Source of the DNA: Minisyncoccia bacterium
GTDB lineage: Bacteria > Patescibacteriota > Minisyncoccia > Phycocordibacterales > UBA9973
Direction: 5' to 3'
Length of the DNA stretch: 64,000 nucleotides
NCBI GenBank assembly: GCA_039809245.1
Contig: JBDHUP010000002.1
Location: 11,188-75,187 of the forward strand
Positions 38,827 through 47,198 of this stretch are shown piece by piece. Below the pieces are notes generated by a model, which ran no database searches, was not told the origin of the DNA, and worked only from the letters and a program-made list of their open reading frames with translations. Positions within the stretch are counted from its first letter, which is position 1. Each line of letters begins with the position of its first letter. The position numbers and the translations under genes are program-made.

Positions 38827-40078
38827 TGGATATTTTCTTAAATCTATTAATAATTACCTGACAGAAAACTGGTTCAATTTCTGCAAGGAATGCTCGACGT
38901 TTAAGTGCTTCACAGGCAACCAGAATACTCCCTGATCCAGCCGTCAGATCAAGAATCGTATCACCAGGTTTACTACACCGTCTGATGCTTTTTTCGTATA
39001 AAGTCGGTGGCTTCATTGTCGGATGCTGATATTCAGAACTAGGCAGTCTTTTCGCAAGCCATATCTGGAACATGTCCGAAATATCATCAAGTAATCTATT
39101 ACCAGAGGATATTTCCTTATTCTGAAATTCAGTCAGATTCTTAACTTTGTCAGATAGATAGGGCTTACCTCGAACTCCATACATACAAAGCTCTACGGCA
39201 CGATTAAAAGCGATTTTAGGGGTTGGATTATGTTGAGACTTTGCCCACAAACAGAGTCGTTTGAAATCAATACCTACTGCTTTGAAAACATCCTGCATCA
39301 TCCCTAGGTATTTCTCATCCAGCCATGCAAAAGCATGGCAATCGTTCTTCGATACCCCCAGTGCGTTTTTTAAGATACTTGCAAGAAACTCCTTGTACTC
39401 AGCATCTGATTTTTTATCATTGATAGTTCCTCCGTAGTTCTGCTTGCCACCTAATCCCGCCGAGTAATCTACGCCTATGTTATATGGAAAATCTATATTG
39501 ATGAGATCTATCCGCTCAGAACCCACTAGCTCTGTAACGGTTTCTTTTTTAGTACTATCTCCACAAATTAAAACGTGACTCCCGAGTGAAAATTTATCAC
39601 CCAATTTAATGTCAGTTTTTTGAGCTTCCTTGAGTTCCTTTTCAAGATCAATATCATCGTCATCTACTTCGAGGTTGTCATCGAAAATATTAGAAAGATC
39701 GAATGAATCAAAACCCGCAGTAAGGAGTTCGTCGAGATCAAAATCTCGTGCAAGCTTTTCAAAATCCCAAGACGCACCGCTTCGATTTGAGGTGAGTAGG
39801 TAATCTTTAAATTCTTTTTCTGTAAGAGTTCTGTTTGGAACTCTTACCTCTATTTCTTCATCTTCTCGACCAAGAAGAGACAAGACCATCACTCGTTGGT
39901 TTCCAGCAACCAGAGTGCCGTCTGTGTTGATACACGGCAATTCTGCCAGATCAAATTTCTTGAGACTTCGCTTGAGTCCCTCAAGTTGTGTAGGCGAAAG
40001 TTTGCGAGGATTCTTTTCGTATCGAATCAAATCCTTCACTTTACGTTTCTCCGTATGCCAAACTAATTTTTTGCTCAT
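38801..40078 (-). CDS. ParB-like N-terminal domain fused to DNA N4/N6 methyltransferase
   Basis: YEKNPR, LVAGNQR, DFPYN (variant of DPPY), HPTMKP, LDLTAGSGS. Confidence 0.88.
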   Translation of the reverse strand: MSKKLVWHTEKRKVKDLIRYEKNPRKLSPTQLEGLKRSLKKFDLAELPCINTDGTLVAGNQRVMVLSLLGREDEEIEVRVPNRTLTEKEFKDYLLTSNRSGASWDFEKLARDFDLDELLTAGFDSFDLSNIFDDNLEVDDDDIDLEKELKEAQKTDIKLGDKFSLGSHVLICGDSTKKETVTELVGSERIDLINIDFPYNIGVDYSAGLGGKQNYGGTINDKKSDAEYKEFLASILKNALGVSKNDCHAFAWLDEKYLGMMQDVFKAVGIDFKRLCLWAKSQHNPTPKIAFNRAVELCMYGVRGKPYLSDKVKNLTEFQNKEISSGNRLLDDISDMFQIWLAKRLPSSEYQHPTMKPPTLYEKSIRRCSKPGDTILDLTAGSGSILVACEALKRRAFLAEIEPVFCQVIINRFKKISNEKVTKLN

Positions 40079-40227
40079 AGTTATATTGGTTAGCTAATAA
40101 TGTAGATACGTGTATATCTGTATTGAGCATAGACCTAAAGAAAACAGCTGTAATCTGTAACTTTAGAGGGTAAAAAAAGCAAAAAAGCCCACATTTATGG
40201 GCTTTTAAGAAAACTTTTCCACTCCAC

Positions 40228-40845
40228 TTATTCGCCGAGCACTCTGTCGTCTATAAATTCAAGTCTAATGTCTGGGTTGAATGCATATCCTTTTCTTTTT
40301 CTATCAAAATCTCCTTTGATGAATTCGTCTCGATCAGTAAGTTTGAAATGTCCTACAACACGACGATTTATTTTTCTTATAGTAACTCTCAGCGACTCTG
40401 TGTTTTTATAAGTCCCTAAAATTTCAACTGCATCTTCAAGTGTTACGTTCTTTCGTTCATAGAATAATCTGATGATGGCTCGTTGATCAGGAGTGAAATC
40501 AAGAGGCTCTTTGGCATAATCTTTTCTCGTAAGAAACATCTCGCCGTCTTTATTGATGTGAACAACAAAATCAATCAGCTTTTTCATACGCATTTGATCG
40601 TATGGTCGCAGGTAGAGTAGCTCGCCAAGTTTCTGACCATTTCCTTTTTTAATATAGATAGTTTCTTTCAATTCAATCTTTCGGTATCCGCCTGTATAAA
40701 TGGTTTCAGTAAGTTCGACTTTTGAATTGCGATCAGAGACCATGTTCATTCTTCTAATATCCAAAAACTTACACGATTCCTCGTGTTCTTTATCTTTAAA
40801 AGGATATATGAATTCTGGCTTCTTCCGCTTCTTATTCATAGCCAT
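40228..40845 (-). CDS. Hypothetical protein with probable C-terminal winged-HTH
   Basis: FTPDQRAIIRLF...SLRVTIRKINRR...GYAFN resembles an OmpR-type DNA-binding domain. Confidence 0.55.
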   Translation of the reverse strand: MAMNKKRKKPEFIYPFKDKEHEESCKFLDIRRMNMVSDRNSKVELTETIYTGGYRKIELKETIYIKKGNGQKLGELLYLRPYDQMRMKKLIDFVVHINKDGEMFLTRKDYAKEPLDFTPDQRAIIRLFYERKNVTLEDAVEILGTYKNTESLRVTIRKINRRVVGHFKLTDRDEFIKGDFDRKRKGYAFNPDIRLEFIDDRVLGE

Positions 40846-40877
40846 ATTTTACCTTAAATAAGGGATATAATGTACGT

Positions 40878-41594
40878 ATGGGGACGATTCAAGAATGTAT
40901 CTTTTGTAAAAGCACAACCAACTCATTCAATAGTGTTGAGCATATTTTTCCTGAGTCGCTTGGTAACAAAGAGAAGATTTTAGATAAGGGATTCGTTTGT
41001 GATACTTGTAATAATGAAGTTCTCTCTGGGCTAGATGCTGAGCTTCTTGATTTTGAGGGGATCAAATTCATGAGAGTCATGAATGGAATTGAAAGTAAAT
41101 CTGGGAAAGTTCCTGTTGCTAATTTTCCGAATCTAAAAATAGAAAACCCTAACAAGGATCACATCAAAGTACATCTTCAAACCATGAAGCATGTACGAGA
41201 TCAAAGCGATACGGGTTTCAAACTAGATTTTCGTGGCACAAGAAAAATGGATACGAAACGATTAAAACTTCTTGCGAGGTCTTTGTATAAGATTGGATAT
41301 GAATTAGTGTGTCTTGATCACGGACGAGATTTTGTCCTGTCGCCACGGTTTGATGAGGTGCGAGATATCATCCTCGGTAAAAAGGACTTTAATGGTTACA
41401 TACTCATGGGGAGTAACGAAAAATCAGAAAATCCTAGAGTCAGTTATTATCCACTCAAAGACGACAAAGGTAGAGAGTTTATGGCTTTTGACTTTGTATA
41501 TCTATTCGTACGATTTATCTTCGATATGGAGCGAAGAGAGGCTTTGCTAGAAGCTGGTACAAAACTTGAGCGTATGACCGTCATGAAGTTTTAG
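40878..41594 (+). CDS. HNH endonuclease
   Basis: CIFC...EHIFPESLG...VCDTCNN. Confidence 0.85.
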   Translation: MGTIQECIFCKSTTNSFNSVEHIFPESLGNKEKILDKGFVCDTCNNEVLSGLDAELLDFEGIKFMRVMNGIESKSGKVPVANFPNLKIENPNKDHIKVHLQTMKHVRDQSDTGFKLDFRGTRKMDTKRLKLLARSLYKIGYELVCLDHGRDFVLSPRFDEVRDIILGKKDFNGYILMGSNEKSENPRVSYYPLKDDKGREFMAFDFVYLFVRFIFDMERREALLEAGTKLERMTVMKF

Positions 41595-41663
41595 CCGTAA
41601 ATGAGACAATGCCAAGGAAGCCCTTTCTATGTCTCATTTGTCGCATTTACAGAAACTAGACCC

Positions 41664-41679
41664 CGACCCACAAACCTAT
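41664..41679 (+). repeat. Direct repeat CGACCCACAAACCTAT, right copy
   Basis: Identical to 23476-23491. Confidence 0.8.
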
Positions 41680-41721
41680 TTTTTACCAACTAAAAAATGC
41701 TAGAATAGCCTTATAAGGCTT

Positions 41722-41946
41722 GGAGTGTGGGGTACCATACCCGAGTACACCGCAAATAAAGAAAACCCGAAAGGGTTTTTCTTTTTGCGGGCGAGAAAGA
41801 GAACTGCTTCTCTTTCGTGTGAGATTCGAAAGACTTTTCTGTCATTTGGTTACAAATGTAGAAAAGTACCTGGCTACGTGGTAGCCGAAAAGTGTACTCA
41901 TGGTCTCACCGCCTCCGCAAAAAAAGAGCGATTAATCGCTCTTTTT
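41722..41946 (+). ncRNA. Putative structured RNA or MITE-like element with tRNA-Ser-like ends
   Basis: Four nested hairpins, closing helix GAGTACAC/GTGTACTC, copy of the tRNA 3' end, terminator, upstream TGC-TAGAAT. Confidence 0.5.
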
Positions 41947-41951
41947 CTTTT

Positions 41952-42860
41952 CTAATCTTTATACGCTTCCTCTAATTTTTTAATATCAAACTTCTTCATT
42001 TTAAGAAAAGCTTCTGTTACTCGCTTATTCTGTTCGGGAGTTCCTGTGTCCATCATTTCATTCATTCTAGTTGGTACCACCTGCCAAGATAAACCAAACT
42101 TATCTTTACACCAGCCACACTGCTCTGATTCAGGAACTGCAGATAATTTATCCCAATAGTAATCTATTTCTTCTTGAGTATCACAACTTATCATAAAAGA
42201 CACTGCTTCATTAAAATTAAACTTGTGCTCACCTCCTCCATCCATAGCGACAAACCAAGTACCAAGAAGATTAAAATCTGAAAACATTACTGTTCCTTCT
42301 TTATTTGGCAAAGCTCCAGATGGATATTTAATCCGATTACCAAGTTTAGAATCTTTAAATACTGACAGATAGTAATCTACGGCTTCTTCAGCTTTTCCAT
42401 ATGCTTCACCCACAAAAAGAAGTGTCGGCACAATAAAAGGTCTTTCTTCTCCATTAGGATTAGTGAGAATAAGTTGCCATGAAACACCATATTTATCTTC
42501 TATCCACCCATACCATTTACTAAATGGATATTCTTGTAATGGCATCAGAATCTTGCCATTATCTGAAAGTTTTTCCCAAAGCTTATCTAAATTTTCTTTT
42601 GCATTGCTATCATGAGATGGATCAAAATTCACCATAAAAGAAACCGATGGATTTATTTTAAATAGTGGTCCAGCGCTTATAGACATAAAAGATTGCCCAG
42701 CTAGTTCGTACGACATAATATCGCAATCTCCAGAAGGAGTTCCTTTTATTACGTTATGCTTCTTAATTTTTGAATTAGGGAAAATAGAAACGTAGAACTC
42801 TGCTGATTCTTTTGCTTCTTTATTAAACCAAAGATGTGGTGTTATTCTCTTCATATACAA
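41952..42860 (-). CDS. VOC family protein (tandem PhnB / 3-demethylubiquinone-9 3-MT-like domains)
   Basis: ITPHLWF, WIEDKYGVSWQL, CGWCKDKFGLSWQVVP. Confidence 0.92.
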   Translation of the reverse strand: MYMKRITPHLWFNKEAKESAEFYVSIFPNSKIKKHNVIKGTPSGDCDIMSYELAGQSFMSISAGPLFKINPSVSFMVNFDPSHDSNAKENLDKLWEKLSDNGKILMPLQEYPFSKWYGWIEDKYGVSWQLILTNPNGEERPFIVPTLLFVGEAYGKAEEAVDYYLSVFKDSKLGNRIKYPSGALPNKEGTVMFSDFNLLGTWFVAMDGGGEHKFNFNEAVSFMISCDTQEEIDYYWDKLSAVPESEQCGWCKDKFGLSWQVVPTRMNEMMDTGTPEQNKRVTEAFLKMKKFDIKKLEEAYKD

Positions 42861-42864
42861 AAAA

Positions 42865-43278
42865 CTACATTGATAAGATGAAAGCTATTATCATAATTGA
42901 AGCTAGTTGATAGCTTATCATTACAAATATTTGCTTAGCCCAGAATTTTTTCTTGGTATTTCCCCAGATAACAGTTCCAACCTGTACAGGAACCAAGAAT
43001 CCAAGCCATATCCAGAAAGCAATATGAAAAACATTAAATATAAGTAAGAGTGGTACTAGTGCCGCGAAAGATACAGTCATAAGTAGTGTTAGTAAAAGCT
43101 GAAGAAGATAGAATGGTGCCATTTTTTTCTGCATAGCTTTCATTTCTTCTTTAGACAAATTTGTAACTTCCATAATCTGCATCCACCATTTACCAAACAT
43201 AGCTGGTGAATACCACAACGCTCCTAAAGCAAATTGTACTATGGTTGCTAATAAAACTAATTTAAAATTTATATCCAT
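42865..43278 (-). CDS. DUF1761 family membrane protein
   Basis: GALWYSPAMFGKWW. Confidence 0.85.
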   Translation of the reverse strand: MDINFKLVLLATIVQFALGALWYSPAMFGKWWMQIMEVTNLSKEEMKAMQKKMAPFYLLQLLLTLLMTVSFAALVPLLLIFNVFHIAFWIWLGFLVPVQVGTVIWGNTKKKFWAKQIFVMISYQLASIMIIAFILSM

Positions 43279-43304
43279 ATATTTTATTAAAATTATTTAA
43301 TTTA

Positions 43305-44276
43305 TTAATTGTATAATGTAAACGCTAAAAAGGCTATATATGTCAAAAGTAGTATATAGGCCTGCCATCGCCTAAAGACTCTAGGGATAAAAATAGTAAA
43401 CCCAATAAGAAGCATAATAGAAGAGATGCTGTTCATTTGTAAGTATGGGATAGCATCTTTCTCTACTGAGACAGGACGTATCAGAACACTCGTACCTAAT
43501 ATAAATAATGTATTAATAATATTTGAGCCGACGACATTACCAATCATTAAATTGTATTGCTTCTGTCTAACAGCAGTAATTGATGTGACAAGTTCTGGAA
43601 GTGATGTACCTATAGCGATAATTGTCCCTGCAATTACAAGCTCTGAGATACCGAAATACTGAGCGATCCATACAGCATTACTAGTAACAATATTACTTCC
43701 ATATAAAAGACCAGCTAAGCTTGCAGTCGTAATAACAAACAATAAAGCAACTGAGGTTACTTTTGATAGTTTATTGTCGGTAATATCATCAACTTCTAAG
43801 CGTTCTGTATTTGCTTTCGTAATTCTATAAAGATAAAACCAATAGAAGAATCCGAGTAACAATAATATCAACCCTTCCATCTTAGTTAGAGCAGTGATTC
43901 CAAGACCAGAAGGAACAATACTCATTGTTAAGAGTATAAATGAAACGAATACAGCAAGAGATACTTGAGTCAGGCTATTTTTTGAGATTGAAACTTTTTT
44001 TGCAAAAAGAACTCCTCCAGCAAAAATAAGTAAAACGTTTGAAATATTACTGCCTAAAATATTTCCGAGGGCAATATCCCCATGACCTTGGATAGAAGCA
44101 ATTACATTAACGCCAAACTCTGGAGCTGAAGTCCCTAAGGCTACAATTGTGAGTCCGATTATAAGCTTCGGTATGCCAAAACGCTTAGCGATAAGAGAAC
44201 TACTAGCAATGAAGTAATCTGCTCCATATATAATTAAGAGTAGTCCTATAACTAAGATTAGTATATGTATAAACAC
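43305..44276 (-). CDS. Calcium/sodium antiporter (YrbG-like)
   Basis: GTSAPE and GTSLPE alpha repeats, GNILGSN. Confidence 0.93.
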   Translation of the reverse strand: MFIHILILVIGLLLIIYGADYFIASSSLIAKRFGIPKLIIGLTIVALGTSAPEFGVNVIASIQGHGDIALGNILGSNISNVLLIFAGGVLFAKKVSISKNSLTQVSLAVFVSFILLTMSIVPSGLGITALTKMEGLILLLLGFFYWFYLYRITKANTERLEVDDITDNKLSKVTSVALLFVITTASLAGLLYGSNIVTSNAVWIAQYFGISELVIAGTIIAIGTSLPELVTSITAVRQKQYNLMIGNVVGSNIINTLFILGTSVLIRPVSVEKDAIPYLQMNSISSIMLLIGFTIFIPRVFRRWQAYILLLTYIAFLAFTLYN

Positions 44277-44456
44277 AGATATATTATATCATCTAAAAAT
44301 GCTTACCAAAAAACTCAATAAAATCAAGCTTTTTCTGAAAATGTAGTATAATAAAAGGTGTCTCGCGGTTTGAACACTATAGAGAAGTAGTTCTTGAATT
44401 ATAGATTAAATACACTTTCAAGCGAGAATCACAAAAGTGTATATCAAACGTTATAT

Positions 44457-45014
44457 ATGAAGGAAGTCGATGAAAATCAAGAACATTTAAAAAGCCTTAT
44501 ATTACTTGCGAAAGCAGGCGATGATAAAGCTTTTGAGGAAGTATATAATACATACTATACTCCTCTATATCGTTATATTTTCACTAGGGTTAAGAACAGG
44601 CAGGAAGCTGAAGACATAACCGCAACTGCCTTTATGAAGATATGGAAATCTATATCTTCATGGGATATGAATCATACTTCCCCTATCTCTTTCTTCTTTA
44701 CAGTTGCTCGTAATACACTCATTGATTACTTCAGAAAGAACGCCCATAAGGAAATTGTCTCTGATGAAGTCATCATGCAATACGCCGAAGAGAATGGTGA
44801 TTCTGATAACGAAAGTATTTCTGTAGAATTACGAGGAGCTATTTTACAGGCTGTCTCGCAACTATCGGAAGACCAGCAAGAAATAATAACGCTTTTTTAC
44901 ACAAACGACCTGACTTACAAAGAAATAGCTGAGATTACTGGTAAAAAAGAAGACGCTATCAGACAGACCCACTCGCGGGCTATCAAAAGATTAAGAGATT
45001 TATACAAATATTAG
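44457..45014 (+). CDS. ECF RNA polymerase sigma factor
   Basis: AKAGDDKAF, AEDIT, ARNTLIDYFRK, YKEIAEITG; start taken as ATG 44457. Confidence 0.93.
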   Translation: MKEVDENQEHLKSLILLAKAGDDKAFEEVYNTYYTPLYRYIFTRVKNRQEAEDITATAFMKIWKSISSWDMNHTSPISFFFTVARNTLIDYFRKNAHKEIVSDEVIMQYAEENGDSDNESISVELRGAILQAVSQLSEDQQEIITLFYTNDLTYKEIAEITGKKEDAIRQTHSRAIKRLRDLYKY

Positions 45015-45018
45015 ATAC

Positions 45019-45441
45019 ATGACAAATCAAGAATTCGAAAACATTATAAAAAAGAGCCTTAAAACAAACGCGAGTCCTGACCGCGGCTCTTTTTCACACC
45101 TTCTTTCAATACTAAACAACCCTGTCACAGAAACAAAGCAGGTTCGTTATAGTATACAGACGCCAACGTCTAACATTATAAGTAGAATTACTAGTTTCAT
45201 TAGTATCTGGAGATCAAATCGCATTATACTAGTGCCAAGTTTCATCTTGCTACTATTTATTGGAATCTTCTCTCTATCAATGCACACTACTACATACGGT
45301 TCAAGTATTGAGCAGTTAGCACAAAAGGATGAGTCCATTAAAGAACTAGCCATTGTCGACGATGACGACCCAGCACTCTCAATAACGGGGTTTGATGAGC
45401 CAGATATTAATGATCTTAGTATACTTCAAAATGACTTATAA
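45019..45441 (+). CDS. Probable anti-sigma-like membrane protein
   Basis: Single TM segment, directly downstream of the ECF sigma. Confidence 0.55.
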   Translation: MTNQEFENIIKKSLKTNASPDRGSFSHLLSILNNPVTETKQVRYSIQTPTSNIISRITSFISIWRSNRIILVPSFILLLFIGIFSLSMHTTTYGSSIEQLAQKDESIKELAIVDDDDPALSITGFDEPDINDLSILQNDL

Positions 45442-46255
45442 TTTTAAGAAAATGTTGGTAGGAATATTTGTTATTTTTACCTTAATACCAGGATTCACTT
45501 TTGCTGAAATAAACTTGTCTTTAGATACGAAGCAAGATACTGCTACAACTGATAAGGTTGCAGAAGTAAAAGAGGGTGATAGTAGTAAAGAAGAAGCCAT
45601 CGATCCGAATGGTGACTTTTGCGTTGGGATTGATGAATACTCTACAAAGATAACTGACAAGATTAAAGAGGCTGAAACAAAACAGTTAGAGAATCAGGAA
45701 AATCTTGATAAAGATATCTCAAGCAAAGAAGATGATGCTGACGCAAAGCGTGCCATAAGTAGAACAGAAGCAGATACTAAGCGTACCCTAAACTGGACAA
45801 AGATGAGCGAGAAGGCCAAGACTGATACAGAGAAAGAAGCAGTACAAGCTTACCAAGTAGCTGTCCAGCAAGCCATTACTAGTCGCCGAAGTGATGTTGA
45901 TGCAGCTGTGAAAGAATACCGTGATGGGCTAACTAAAATATTAAAAGATCATTATGATGCAATATATAAAGCTATTGGAATATTTGAAGAATCTATAAAT
46001 ACTAATCTTGGGATAGCAAAGATTGACTGTGAGAGTAAACTAATAGGAAGCGAAAAAATCAAAAACACTCTAGATGAACAGATATCAGTAGCTCAGAAAG
46101 TTCTTCAAGAAGCTCAGGATAAAGCTGATATGACAAAGAGCCTTGAACTCATAAAAGGGACTCGCGATAAAGCTATCGAAGTTGTAGAAGCTACATATAA
46201 AACAAATACAGATAAAGCTCGCGATGATTTGATCCTTGCACTCAAGAATCAATAA
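45431..46255 (+). CDS. Secreted coiled-coil protein
   Basis: Signal-peptide-like N-terminus ending FTFA; helical K/E/A-rich body. Confidence 0.65.
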   Translation: MTYNFKKMLVGIFVIFTLIPGFTFAEINLSLDTKQDTATTDKVAEVKEGDSSKEEAIDPNGDFCVGIDEYSTKITDKIKEAETKQLENQENLDKDISSKEDDADAKRAISRTEADTKRTLNWTKMSEKAKTDTEKEAVQAYQVAVQQAITSRRSDVDAAVKEYRDGLTKILKDHYDAIYKAIGIFEESINTNLGIAKIDCESKLIGSEKIKNTLDEQISVAQKVLQEAQDKADMTKSLELIKGTRDKAIEVVEATYKTNTDKARDDLILALKNQ

Positions 46256-46311
46256 TAAAAAGATCACATTTCTGTGGTCTTTTTATTATTGTGTTGGTAT
46301 ACTATATACAT

Positions 46312-46782
46312 ATGGAAGAAATCGTTATTACCCCTATAGAATGGTCTGCCCCCGAGTACAATCATAAGAAGCGTTCAAATGACTGGTTATGGAGTATCGG
46401 ACTAACAGCTTTAGTTGGAGCTGTGCTTGCTGTTTGGTTTCATAATTATGTCTTTGCAATATTCATTATTATCTCTGGAGCTTGCCTCATTCTCTTTACT
46501 ATTCGTGAACCACAGAGTATAACTTTCGTTGTTAAAACAGAAGGTATCACTATCGGTAAAGATGAACACATCTGGAAAGATATAAAAGGTTTCAATATTA
46601 AGAAAGGCGAGCCTTATCATAAACTCCTTATTATGACGTCAAAGAAGTTCTTACCTATATACACTATCCCATTCCCTTCTGACTTGTCTTCACAACTAAA
46701 AGATGCTTTAAATAAAGTGACTCCGAAGATTGACCTTGAGGAATCTCGCTCAATGGTCTTCATGGAGAAGCTCGGCTTCTAG
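46312..46782 (+). CDS. Hypothetical membrane protein (CPR-type)
   Basis: EWSAPEY...DWLW, two TM segments. Confidence 0.65.
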   Translation: MEEIVITPIEWSAPEYNHKKRSNDWLWSIGLTALVGAVLAVWFHNYVFAIFIIISGACLILFTIREPQSITFVVKTEGITIGKDEHIWKDIKGFNIKKGEPYHKLLIMTSKKFLPIYTIPFPSDLSSQLKDALNKVTPKIDLEESRSMVFMEKLGF

Positions 46783-46785
46783 ATT

Positions 46786-47184
46786 TTATACAAAGTTAAT
46801 TAAGAAATTATACATACCCATCCCACATACACCTTGTAGAGGTGTATCTTTGTTTGGTATACCTATATCAATTTCTGTACTTCCTGTTTGAGGTAGGATT
46901 TTTTGAAAACCAACAGACCTTATTACTAGAGAAGCTGAGCAGTCATATATTCCTTTTGTTTTTACGATAAGCTTTGTTGGGATACCAGCTTTCGCAATTG
47001 AAAACTCTGGTGAATATCCACCACCTGCTGTTATGGTTATATACTGGACACCGTCTCTTATTTCTGAATTCTCTACTGGGGTATCTGCTGTACCATTTTG
47101 GGGACCTTTTAATCCTCCCCAGAAAATAATACCTATGCCGATGATTAACCCAAGAGTAATAATAACTAAAGTAGTTTTGTTCAT
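46786..47184 (-). CDS. Cupredoxin domain protein
   Basis: GGYSP, CGMGMY; in the copper operon. Confidence 0.85.
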   Translation of the reverse strand: MNKTTLVIITLGLIIGIGIIFWGGLKGPQNGTADTPVENSEIRDGVQYITITAGGGYSPEFSIAKAGIPTKLIVKTKGIYDCSASLVIRSVGFQKILPQTGSTEIDIGIPNKDTPLQGVCGMGMYNFLINFV

Positions 47185-47198
47185 AAAATAATTATAAT

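Larger units (their letters stand above)
23414..41919. mobile_element. Integrative genomic island at tRNA-Ser carrying serine recombinases, defence genes and a terminase module
   Basis: TCTCACCGCCTCCGCA at 23414-23429 and 41904-41919; CGACCCACAAACCTAT at 23476-23491 and 41664-41679; two recombinases; non-housekeeping cargo. Confidence 0.88.

Noticed and set aside
36211-41594. Complete prophage
   Set aside because: No portal, capsid, tail, lysis or replication genes are recognisable within the repeat-bounded island.
41725-41955. 76-aa ORF at the right island end
   Set aside because: GTG start, no motif, and it runs through stacked hairpins and a terminator; better explained as non-coding structure.
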